From: Amphiscolops sp. MND2022
Lineage: Eukaryota
NCBI GenBank assembly: GCA_964187785.1
Contig: OZ076409.1
Location: forward strand, 65,102,001-65,166,000
DNA length: 64,000 nucleotides
Direction of reading: 5' to 3'
Shown: positions 1 through 10,830 of the stretch, piece by piece
Layout of the letters: each line of letters starts with the position of its first letter
Position numbering within the stretch: position 1 is the first letter of the stretch
Position numbers and translations under genes: made by a program
Notes under the pieces: model-generated
What the model saw: the letters and a program-made list of their open reading frames with translations, nothing else
Database searches by the model: none
What the model was told of the DNA's origin: nothing

Positions 1-1365
1 TCTAGTTTCGACTGCTCTATATCAAATCAAATTGTACATATGTATCAAATGTAATTTAATGTAGATTGAGTTTGTTAGTAAACAACTCTAGTATCTAGAT
101 TAGATAGTTTGTAGACCGAATCTCGATAGAGGTTAAATGGTAGTCTGAACCGGTTTGAACCGAATATAACAAGATAGTCAGCTGAGTTCGCTGTTGGTAG
201 CTAAATGTTGAAAAATTGAGCACCCAGGTTATCTGTCATGGCTTGCTCATGAAGTTTCATCCATGATCTTGAATTTTTCGAACAGTACTTCAGGTTCCAT
301 GGAAAAAAGTTAAGTGTTTCTCGAATCGAACAAATGTCTTTAGGACGAAGATTTTGTAACCAACACAGTTGATGACTATAGTTTCAAATCGCCATTAGTT
401 GAGGTTTCAGCTTTCTAGACAATCGTAAAGAAGAATCGTTATTTCTAGCCTAGTTACAATGTTGAGAAAGTTTTAGACGTGTTTTTACACTTGCCCTGCC
501 GTTCGGGAAAAAAATATTGCAGGGACTTTTTTTTTCAAAACAAAACTTTTGCAAGTTGCAGCGACTTTTTTCAATGCGCAGTGAAATGCTGCCAGGAATT
601 TCCATGCTGCAGTGCAATTTTACAAGTTTTTTCCCTGCGCGCAGTCTGAATTTTCTATGTTTTATAAAAAAATTACCCTGCGTGCATGCCTGCAACATGT
701 AAAAAGTCACGGCAGTCTCGACTAGGGTAGGAACTAATTAATTACCAAGTTAAAGACTGTTTAATCTGATCAATAAACACTTTTTAAAACTGTAAACAAC
801 CTTTTTAAAAATTATTGAAATTAATTAGTAATTTTGCTTTCATTCTCTTCACAAAAAACATGAACTACTTCGGTTATAAGGTCGAAAATTCTGATAGAGC
901 GTGCTTTTCTTTCGACTTTTTAAAAAGTTAACATCAAGATTGACAAGACTCCAGCCTCCGCCTCTTTCCGAAAATTACTTCGGAAATGAAAACAAAAATT
1001 AAGGATATTGCGCATTTTTTCCGAACCTTCGTTTCCTTCGCAAAACGCAATTCCATTCGGATACAACGTGAAAACTTCGGACATAGCACTCTGGACCAAA
1101 TGGGAGCGCTTCATTTCGAACACCAGCCCCCACCTTAATGAAACGCGATTTACTTCGGATATAACGTCAAACATTCGGTTGAAGTGTGCTGGGCCGAAAA
1201 GAAATTTCAAGTTTTCAAGGTTTTGTAGAACTATTATGGTCAGTTCGTGTGGATCCAAAGACCACCATAATAGTCGCGCTTTTATTTCATCAAAGCGTAG
1301 ACTAAAATTATCAGTTTACTCGTTTAATGAAATAATATATCTTAAGGTTCTTTCAGTGAGTAGTT

Positions 1366-1970
1366 TTTAGTCGGCGCTTTTCTAGGGAAAATTGCCCGAC
1401 TCTTACAGTGGCTAGTTTTTTTTCTTTTTTTTTCGTCAGACCACAGACCTCATCGCATATGTACCACTTTTTACAGACTTCACTCTCGCTCACATGTACT
1501 TGTCAGTACTTGGTTTACGGTGAACCCAGCGGTCACGGGTTCGAGTCCTTGCTTTAGCCAGAAACTTTGTCGAGCAGTTTTTTCGGCACTGTGCGACTCT
1601 TTCATTTTTTTCGGCACTGTGCGACTTTTTTTCGAAATTTTTTTGTCGCCAAAGGGCCCCACCTTCAAGTTTTTTGATATTTTGCAACAAACTGAAGTTT
1701 CAAAAAATCCAAAGGGTCCCCCCTTTCTAGTTTTTCGGCACTATGAGACTGTTTCAAAAATCTCATTTTTCGTTTTTTTTTTCGAAAATTTTTCCAAAAA
1801 ATTTTTTATATTTTTTAAATGTCTCCAAAGGGCCCCCTCAACTTTTTGTGATATTTTGCAACAGACTGGATTTTCAAAAAGTCGAAAGGGTCCCCCTTTT
1901 AACAAATTTAAAAAATTGCACTTTTTTGAGCCTTAGATATAGCGCCGACTTTAGACGTTCCCGTCTTGTT
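1366..1970 (+). mobile_element. Non-autonomous Helentron-like element (HINE/DINE-1 architecture)
   Basis: 5' subterminal IR TAGTCGGCGCT (~1368) with nearby partial IR GCCCGACT; 3' AGCGCCGACT followed by hairpin AGACG-TTCC-CGTCT and TGTT; T-rich flanks, no TSD. Inverted homolog at ~18990-19405. Confidence 0.7.
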
Positions 1971-2189
1971 TTCTCTAGTTGTCAGTAACAATCCACGTGC
2001 AAATTCTATAATTTTGTCAGAGAGTGCATGGTGGAATGGGTCAAAGGGGTCCGCCTTCACACTATTACATACTTTTAGGTCGATATCGAGACAAAAGGGA
2101 ACCCCTATGGTTTTTGGCACTATGCAAAAACACTAATTTTCCTCATTCAGCGCTTTTGATATTTTCAGGACGGAAAAAACTGAAGGTAT

Positions 2190-2226
2190 ATTTTTCGGGC
2201 GCCGACATTAGACGTTCCGTCTTGCT
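2190..2226 (+). repeat. 3' terminus of another HINE copy (a more decayed one at ~2730-2785)
   Basis: GGCGCCGACATTAGACGTTCCGTCTTG matches the 3' end of the 1366-1970 element. Confidence 0.55.
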
Positions 2227-2932
2227 GACATTCGTGGCAAGTACATGAAAGTGATTTCCATGCAACTGCGGCCTGCATGCTTCAACTACTGAATTTTCGG
2301 TCGGTCTGTTCTGGTGAAATAACACTGTACGCATGAGTCGATTGCACCACTGAAAAGTCGATTAGTGTCGAATTGAATTTGTAGCATTTTAGGCTAAGAG
2401 CATTTTAGGCTGATGGCTTTTCAGGCATAATTCCTTTTCAGCTAATGTTGACAATTTCAGTGTCTTTACGGCTTCAGCCTTTTAGATAAAATTTTGAGAA
2501 ACAATTAAATAGAGGCTGCCGTGGAGTAAAATGGGTAAAGATGCTATGGGCAAGTTTTCCAATTTAGGGTAATACAGATGTAGATGCTAAATGCATTGTA
2601 TATTTTTTGCTTTCCGGTATCGCTGGAGTAATAGTTCACGAGCAATTTTGGAGTCTTAAGGTATTTTTTGGCACTTTTAGGTTCAAGAAAACTTTTCAAT
2701 AAATGTCATTTTTTGGACATATTCAAACGACTCTGCCCTTTTTAAGCTTGAAGCAAGGCACCGATTTGGACAGACCTGGCTTGTTAATCATTCACTCGTG
2801 TCAGAGCTTTCAGTAAAGCATACAAAATATTTTTCGCAGATGCAAGTTGAAGTTTCCAATTTTAAGGAATTGGTCCGTAAGTCTGAGTGAGATCGTTTTG
2901 CAACCATACTACGATATCATCCAAAATCATGC

Positions 2933-4532
2933 TGTAAGAGCCACGTCCCGTGGTGTCTCTCAAATCACCAACGGACCGTGAGTCCTTTTTCAATAATTTT
3001 GTTTTCAAGCCGGATGGATTTTCCCTATTTTCCTGACTGCTAGGGGACATGCTAGTCTCAGTGTCCCTGTTCCCGGAGGAAGACATTGAACTCACAATAT
3101 TTTGAATCTCTGGTAACACCTTTTCTGATATGGCAGTACTGATTGCCCTATTTATTTGACTATGTACCATGGCCATCATGGAATCCATTTCTTGAGACAG
3201 TCTAAGATTAAATTCATTTGAGAAAGTTTCAAAGGACTGCCTAACATCGTTCTGCCTGTACTCACTATTCTCATGGGAGAAGTTTCTATATTCATCCCTT
3301 TGGTACAGATTAGCCTCACTGTCACTACGAACTGAAGATTGTTCAATTGCTTCGGTTAATTCTCTATGGGATTGCTACTCCCATTACCTAGCATCACGTC
3401 CAGATTGTCCATATCGGACATCATGTCCATTTCTCTAGATTTTCTTGCTTTCGCCTTTTGTCTCCTTGTGGAAGGCATAAATGGTTGTACTAGAGGTAAT
3501 ATTTGAATTATTCTAGTAATCGGTTATTAACAGTGAAACAATTAATAATTCGTATCTGAGTATTATCGAAAATAGTGAACTGATAATATTGCAGTTTTCA
3601 AAATTGTGTCCCTGAGGACAGCTAGTCCTGGGTATTTATAATCAGGGCGGGGGTGATGATCTAATTTCAGGGTGTCATGCATCTATTTTTAGAACATTAA
3701 GACTAAAAATAGCACCGTGATGTCATCACCGCACTAAATATATACATCAAAGAGCTAGCGGTGGTTGAATGTTTATGTGGCCCACAAGGCTACAATGACA
3801 ATGACAACCAAGAATTACATATGTTTTCATGTAAAGCAACAATTCATGTAATTGCATTTGATCAACAATAATTTACATGTACTAATACATTACTCCAAAA
3901 ATTCATGCAAAATATTAATTTCAAACATTGAATAATACAAATAGTCCATTTTCCATTAAAAGAAGTACTTATTAAGCACGGTATTTGTATCTTTCATTCA
4001 GCACTGGAAACTGCTTTATTCTAAGTTGGACTCAGAGTCCATTTGCCATAAATAAGCGGAGAATTGCCGCCAGTTGACGGCGCATAGCCGTTGAGTCCTT
4101 TTATTTAGATTACTGCGCAAGTGAATGGTGTGCTGTGATTGGCCGAGAAATTGGACGGACAGCGCGTCTAGCGAGACAGGAGAGGAAACATTTGAACTCG
4201 TTTCCTCTACCTGTACGCCTTGGTGTCCAATTTCTCAATCAATAAATATATACATGCAATACATATGTATTGATATAATACGATCAATTTTGAAACAACT
4301 AAATGTTATTTCTGGTTTACAGTAATACAAAATTTTGTATTTAAAGCCATCACGATTATAAACAAAATGGTAAATGAAATTAAATTACGACAACGTAGGC
4401 TTAAAGTTTTCTGCTAATGGCTGAGAGACATCCGGTCCTCTTCTCTTTAGTTTATTGGCAGGGTACCAGGGAGAGTGTCATAATTATATCCCACTGAGTA
4501 CCAGTTTCCGTCACAGGCGGCAGCCTGCGACA
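2933..4532 (-). repeat. 3' LTR of element A (1600 bp)
   Basis: Copy of 17161-18764; by eye about 11 substitutions and one 4-bp (CTCT) deletion. Confidence 0.95.
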
Positions 4533-5262
4533 CTCCCCCTGGCAAAAGTAGAAGAGCACCTGCATTCATACCGTCTAGAAACGCTCTTCTTCTTGCCTGC
4601 GTCTCAGTCAGAGTTTCTCCTACCATTACCGTCTTGTCCAGGTAGTCATTCACTGTTTCTTCCTGGATTTGCAGCACTGGTTTCCCACAAATTATACAAT
4701 CCGAATAGTTAGATAGAGAGGGCGTCCCAGTCAAGGCCATGCTGCCAAAATGATTTGCCACTGCCTCCATTGATGTTACTGCGGAGGATGACGAGTTGGT
4801 GAGTGAGTCGCAGGTGTAGTGAGGTCTCCTGTCCTTCTCAGGCGGAGATAGTGGAGTGTCCACTTGTTGTACCAAGTTGCGACAAATATTTATAGGGTGA
4901 TTAGTCCTAACCCTATCGTCTCTGCTCACCGGGCCATTTCCCCTCGCTAGGTTGAAATACTTTTCCTCGAAAGTGGGGAAGGGTGGTATATTAGGCCGCG
5001 GAGTCGCAGGCCTCTTCTGCACCAGTCCAGCTGAAGTAGACGGGATCAGGATGGGCTCCGCAAGTTGTCTTTCGACACATTTGGCCATAAGCCTGATATC
5101 TTCAGTTTCGTCCTCTGATGACAGGTACATATCGTCCACGGAACATGAACTGTGGGTATCCATCTCTTCTTCATCGCTAGATATCCAGATGATTGCGGGT
5201 TCCCCTTCCGATTTTGCCGCACCGATGAAGTCCATAGGAAAAGTTTCAGAGAAGTCAGACAT
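4447..5262 (-). CDS. Accessory ORF of element A (271 aa from ATG 5262), unknown function, overlapping the PPT and 3' LTR
   Basis: Open frame 4447-5313; acidic N-terminus, CIICG motif, helical segment ETVNDYLDKT...RRRAFLDGMNAG; TATAAAA on the minus strand at ~5402-5408. Confidence 0.7.
   Translation of the reverse strand: MSDFSETFPMDFIGAAKSEGEPAIIWISSDEEEMDTHSSCSVDDMYLSSEDETEDIRLMAKCVERQLAEPILIPSTSAGLVQKRPATPRPNIPPFPTFEEKYFNLARGNGPVSRDDRVRTNHPINICRNLVQQVDTPLSPPEKDRRPHYTCDSLTNSSSSAVTSMEAVANHFGSMALTGTPSLSNYSDCIICGKPVLQIQEETVNDYLDKTVMVGETLTETQARRRAFLDGMNAGALLLLPGGVSQAAACDGNWYSVGYNYDTLPGTLPIN
4533..4540 (-). promoter_or_regulatory. Polypurine tract of element A
   Basis: AGGGGGAG immediately before the TGTCGC start of the 3' LTR on the minus strand. 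Confidence 0.8.
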
Positions 5263-5732
5263 AGCTCGGATTCTGATGATTTTCTTAGCAATTTTGATTA
5301 GGATTCTGATCAAGAAGCAGCTGATTTTTAGTAGAAAAATTGAGAGAATGGCGGTCTCAGTTTCCTCGGACCGTGAGTCTTTCCGTTTCTCTTTTCCCGG
5401 GTTTTATATTTCCCGGCAAGTAAATCTTCCATAACAAAATTCCACCACTCGAGTTCTTTTATCATGCCGCCAAGTAACTTTGTAGTCACCGACATCGGCT
5501 TTATTGACTATCATCAGCTAAGTTAACACTTCCAAGTTAGGAGAGTTACCTCAAGTGTTTATTAACACTCATCAAGCACTTAAGAGTTTCAAGAGGGTGA
5601 AGATATGGCAGACGGCCACGCCGTCCATCAGCAATTCTGATCAGCCAATAAGAATGCAATATAATTCTTCCTGAATGAAAATGGCTCCTCAAGGTCGTAA
5701 GTCCATATAAGGAGTAACGTAAAAGGACCTTG

Positions 5733-5767
5733 AAAATAAAATAAAATAAAATAAAATAAAATAAAAT
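5733..5767. repeat. (AAAAT)n microsatellite inside element A
   Basis: About 7 tandem AAAAT units. Confidence 0.9.
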
Positions 5768-6076
5768 CATGAAATAATTTGCAAAATAACAAAGTTTTCG
5801 AAATAAATAAGGTAAATGTAGATATTGCTGGCAGACTCTATCCACGTAATGCCGTAAAATGTAAATAACAATAAATTTGACACCAAATTGTATAGCCACG
5901 AACTCCAATCTTGACATCTTGTCACCTTTGCCAATTCGCCTTTCAATTCTTTATCATTCAATTCTTCACTCCATTTTATCCAGTATTTAATCACCATTGT
6001 ATTTATTCAATAGTTAGTCTTTGAGTCTCCTCTTATTTTATATTTTCCATCTAAATACATCCCGTCTTCATCCCAG

Positions 6077-6256
6077 GACTCAGTGTCCGTTCGCCTTCAT
6101 CCCCGTGGATTTTTCTGGATCATCACGGAAAATCGACGTCCAGTCCCTTCTTCGTCTACTTCGCATTTCCATCTTAGGACTCAGTGTCCAATCGCCCTCA
6201 ATCCCGTGGATTCCTTGGATTTTCTCGGACAGCCGACATCCAGTCACTTTTCTTCG
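6077..6256. repeat. Two imperfect ~100-bp direct repeats with shared hairpins
   Basis: AGGACTCAGTGTCC...CCCGTGGAT...TCCAGTC...TTCTTCG occurs at ~6077 and ~6177. Confidence 0.8.
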
Positions 6257-6487
6257 CAGTCCCGCCTGGTTCACAGACACATTTCTTTATTAGACGATTG
6301 TTCGCAGAGATCTCTACTTCAGTTTTCAATTAGGTTAGTAAGCCACAAGGATTTCCTTTTGGTTTCAATTGTGAGTTAATTTGAGACTTGATCAGAGTTC
6401 TCGTTTCATTCACGAACTTCCTGTCCAATAACACAAGCATTCACTTGAGTTCAGATTATCTACTTCCGGAAGACTTTAGGCGCGGTA

Positions 6488-9400
6488 ATGGATTTATTTT
6501 CCGGAAGGTTCCCGCTTGATTTAGTTACCTTGTGTTTAGATATGTCGACTGAAGAGCTGACTGATGTTAGTCCAATCCAGCCTATTGGGGCTTCAGAGGA
6601 AAAGCAACTTGAGTCAACCAATAATTTGATTTCTACTCCTCAAACCATCGCTGGCCTGGTTCCTAACGAGAAAGTCGAGGAATTGAGTCGAACTCCTGCA
6701 TCAGCATCTGACAGTTCCGCCGCCGAAAGTGTGTCCGCTTATGTAGAGAGGACCGTAGAGACCATACTCTCACGAGAAGCGCCCCCAGCTGATTCCATGG
6801 ACTTACATGGTTCCGGACAAATCCCCAATAAGGTAGGACCCCAGCCCAAATCCTCCGTTTCTGAGAGGATCGAGATAAATCCACAGCAGGCGACAGACAA
6901 CGAACAAGCCGTGCAGAAGGGGAAGACTAACCAGAGTTTTGAGGAAGAACAGGCTGCGGACGCAGTCAAGCCAACCGGCACTGGGCTAACTGACCCAATT
7001 GATTATTTTACTGAAACCAGCGAGTTTGAGGATCTTATGGACAGCTCGGGGGTCACAGGGCCTGTTATGTCATGGAATAAAAAGGGGCCCGTGTACGTTC
7101 AGTTCCCCACACGAGGCAATACTAGTTCCAGTGACAATGAATCTGCTGAAGCGCCTGCAGGGGGTGATCCAGGGCCCTCACAAGAGTCGCGTCGCATGTC
7201 AGTAAGTGGACGAACTCTATTGCGACGGTATTTTTGTGAGAAGGACCCCATAGAGTTACCACGGGGCCATCACACGATTGCCCTTACAGAGGACCAGATG
7301 CACACAGTGTTGAAGACGATCTCGGATGAAACTATTTTGTCGTCATTTCACCTCATGAAGTCTTTGCTTTTGCAAGCTACTTCAGGGAAAGTCCTAACCA
7401 AGGAGCGATGTCGACAAGTAAGCCGGTCGTCCCGACCCGTAGTTGGCCACACAAGCAGCTCCGGAGACGAGTCAACTGATATGGGCTCAAATAGTGGAGG
7501 CTATACTAGTGGTGCCTTCAATACTGACGACGAACCTTGCAGTTTGTCGTTTTGTCTGGAGAAAGAAGTAACCCAACCACAAGGAGGGACTGAAGACCTA
7601 GCTGGCCAATGTGCCGGGACCTCTTGTACTGATCTACTTCAAGAGACCGCTCCAAGCCCAGGCAGTGGATACAGTTTAGGGGATTATGCGCCTTTGTCCA
7701 CCTTAATCACCAAACCAGGGAAAACTCCTGCCACCAAAAGCCCTCCCAAGAAACGGCGTAGATACGAGGGTCGCCCCGGTAAGACCATGAAGGAGGCATA
7801 TTTTAAGGGTATACACTGGACAAAAACTTTCGTGACTGGACCTTTGGACCCCTTACACAATCAGTATAAATTCTACTGCAGGATTTGTAAGACCAACGTG
7901 TCGATTCGTTCAAAAGGGGCGCGGGAGATAGTGCGACATTATCAGACGGAGACACATCTAAGAAAAGACCAACTGTGGCGGTACACACATCTCAGCCGCA
8001 AAGACTCCGTCACTGGGTTGGTCACTCATCAGGTCCGAGGGAAAAATGGAGTTTTGCTGACCCCACTTGAATTAGAGAAAGAGAAAGCAAACTTTGAGGG
8101 AGCATTGTTAGTTGACCTTGGAAGCGAGTTCCCCTTCTACGAGGATTACTTAGCTCGACAGGAAGGTCGAAAGACCACTGGGAATGCCCGAGATAGTACC
8201 CAAATTGCATTGATCGCAACTATGGTCCCTCTTAGTGGCAACATTGAACTGTTGCGCACACTCTGGTCTCAAGTCGGGGAGAATATGGACTACCAGGAAG
8301 CTTTTGCTCCTTTTGATTGGAGTCCAGCACGTCTCACCGTAAGTTCTTTCCCTGGTTCTGTTTTTAAACCAGTTCTTAATGGGCGATACATTCCCTTTTT
8401 GTTTAGGCAGTGTTTCATCACCTATTCACCTGTGTCATCGAGGACGTCTCCTCCAGCATATCCACTACTGACATGTACTCCTTGGAGTTTGAGACCTCTG
8501 GGCGCTTCCGTACACTGTCAGTTCGGTTTTGGAAGGGTGAATCTCTGGTACGGGTGCAACTGTACCGATGTCTCATCTCTCTTGGCATCCCCGCAAGCTA
8601 CTTCGCCGGCGCATCACGTTTACTCTCTGTAGTATCTTCCAATCCTAAGCTTGTCAGTGTGTCCGGATGTCCTGCCTCCGTGTTACAAGCCTTTGTTGAT
8701 TGTGAGTTGTTCGTCTATGGCGTACAGTACCCTTTCCGGTTTGACGCCTTCTCTCTACCAACTCTCATGCATCAATCGGACGCAAACGTCTTTGGGACCA
8801 TAGACTTCCACTCGCAGCTCAAATACTTGATCGTGAGCCTCAGTGGCGTCCTAGTTCGTCCGTGGATCTCACAAGCGCCTGAATTGGCTAAGGTCAGTAT
8901 CTTTCACTCCTATCACTTCTAGTGGCTATAGACTTGTGTGCCATCGTTTCTCATGTCCTTTAGGCAATCGAGTCCTGCGAGTTGGAAATTGTGAGCATCC
9001 CAATCATCTGTTCTGAGTTGATTGTCCACTGGCAAGCCGTTCTGGACTACCTCACCCGAATTGCGCCTTCAAATGTCAATCAAGGGGTGCTAGATTCGGT
9101 ATGGCTTATGTTTCCATAATCTCCACACTTTGCTCCTAGACATTCAAACTCTAGGTGTTGTTGAAATTAGAATGACTTGCTCACGTTGCTTTGTTCTGTT
9201 CTAGCCACAAAGCCTGGAGTGGACTATTATTGCTGATGACCTGTTTCCAGTCAAGTTGGAGTTTTTTGGGCGATTGGTCCGAGATTGTTAGTAATCCTCC
9301 ATACTTAAAGCTTAAGTAGTGTTGAATATCGTTTGATTCTTAGTGCAATTGTGTATAACTAGGACTGTACCTAGAGTCTCCTTCAAGTCAGCCTGAAGCA

Positions 9401-10599
9401 GATTATGCTGCCTTTTGGTTCACAGGGGTTTGTCCTATTTAGATACTAAGTGCTTCAGTCGGAGTCTCATGAGACGGCGTGATTCTGGCTTCTTCACGTT
9501 TGGCGAAATGTGTCGCTACATCCGCAAACTGTGCAGTCGTGCCATCCTACCGAAGCATACTCCTGCGGATACTGATTGGTCTGGTCTTCTGCAACTTTCC
9601 CTAGATGAGTGTCGAGAGTTATCTTCCCGCGACTTCCTCAATCGCCTGAAGTTGAAATTTGACCTAGACGGGGCCTCTCGGTCTAAGGCTCGAAAACAGA
9701 ACAGCGGCAAGAAGAATTTGAACACCAACATTGATGGATTAGCGGAGACTGTCAGAGATAACTTCGCTACCCAAGCCCGTAGTTATGTGGTGTTCCTTTT
9801 GGACTCTCTGCTCAAGGATATCAGAGTGAACGCTGGTATTGTTCGAGGGATGGCAAGTTTCGACCTCACTGTGCTGTTGACGCAACCCATGGAGCAGGCT
9901 TTGTTCTGCTTCCGAGCTTTGTACCACAGTTTCCAACTCCGTGGATGGGTTTTGGCTGCTGACGAGACTGAGTACCGCGAGGAGTATGTGGAATTCATTG
10001 ACCATTTTCGGAATTCCTGTGGAAGCTTCCGGACTCCAGAGTTGGTTACGGACGTCGTGGACTTGTTGATGCCAATGCCTGCCCTGCGTAACAGGCCCAG
10101 ATTACTCCATCTTTTTAAGCTCAGTTGTCTTTGTCTGACTGAAAGTAGCGCTAGCCTGCCTCCTATTCAATTCCAAGGGATGGATACCTCAGATCCTGAT
10201 TGCCGTTTATCAAGCATCATGTTGCCAGCTCAATCATATTTGTCAACGATGTCTCGTTTTGTAGATTCTTGTGTAAATGAAGCAGCATTAGCTAAATTCC
10301 ACGAGCTTGAGACACGACTTGATTCTGGAAATGTTCCTGGTGATCCTTGGGCGCATGTCGACTCTTTTGGCCAGGGGAAATTCTACAAGGCGCTCCTAGC
10401 ATCTTTCAAATCACAGATTGCCGATGCTAGTGCTACAAAGCTCGTTCGCAGTCGTTCCTCTTCCGTTGTCAACTCAAATTCTGGGGCTGCCTTCCTTTCG
10501 CCAGGGAAAACAGCTAAATCAGCTCATGAGGGGGTTATCCCGTCCTCAGAGGTCACTAAAGCTGTAAGGGAGTTGCAAGAAGGATCTTCTAAATGCTAA
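6488..10599 (+). CDS. Antisense spliced cargo gene of element A: zinc-finger protein resembling an inactive hAT-family transposase (~1270 codons; one in-frame TGA at 9394-9396 in this copy)
   Basis: Exons 6488-8338, 8407-8892, 8964-9098, 9205-9286, 9344-10599 joined by phase-compatible GT-AG introns of 68, 71, 106 and 57 bp. Motifs: FYCRICK...RHYQTETH zinc finger, YSLEFETSGRFRTLSVRFW, VHWQAVLDYL, DDLFPVKLEFF, RPRLLHLFKLSCLCL. Confidence 0.75.
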
Positions 10600-10830
10600 A
10601 TGTACATAGTGTACATTTGTCTTTAGTCCAAATTCATGTATCTATAGTAGACTGATTTATTTCATTTCTTTTGTTGTGATTTTGTTACATGTTCGTTGTG
10701 GCTTTGTATTGTTCGCCACCTAGTCTGTTTCTATATATACATATGTATTAAAAGAAAGGTCAGCATTAGTGCCAGTAAAGAACATCGATTCAGTCCAAGT
10801 AGTTCTTGGGGCTTTAATTTACATGTCTGG

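Noticed and set aside
495..716. Possible small TIR element (CTGCCGT/ACGGCAG)
   Set aside because: Only a 7-bp inverted repeat, no TSD and no full second copy in the window.
1486..1560. Functional tRNA gene
   Set aside because: Only a B-box/T-arm-like part; no cloverleaf or acceptor stem.
2862..3188. 108-aa ORF as an independent gene
   Set aside because: It is the gag N-terminal copy in the 3' LTR (frameshifted by a 4-bp deletion) running into the flank.
6170..6260. Hammerhead ribozyme on the minus strand (CUGGAUG-stem-GAAA)
   Set aside because: The core is not CUGANGA, there is no proper stem I/III, and the sister repeat lacks GAAA.
8339..8632. C-terminal 97 aa of the 714-aa ORF
   Set aside because: Read-through of intron 1 into an off-frame exon; the spliced model fits better.
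10656..10661. Minus-strand AATAAA after pol as an internal polyA site
   Set aside because: Plausible, but the hexamer is common in AT-rich DNA; untestable without 3'-end data.
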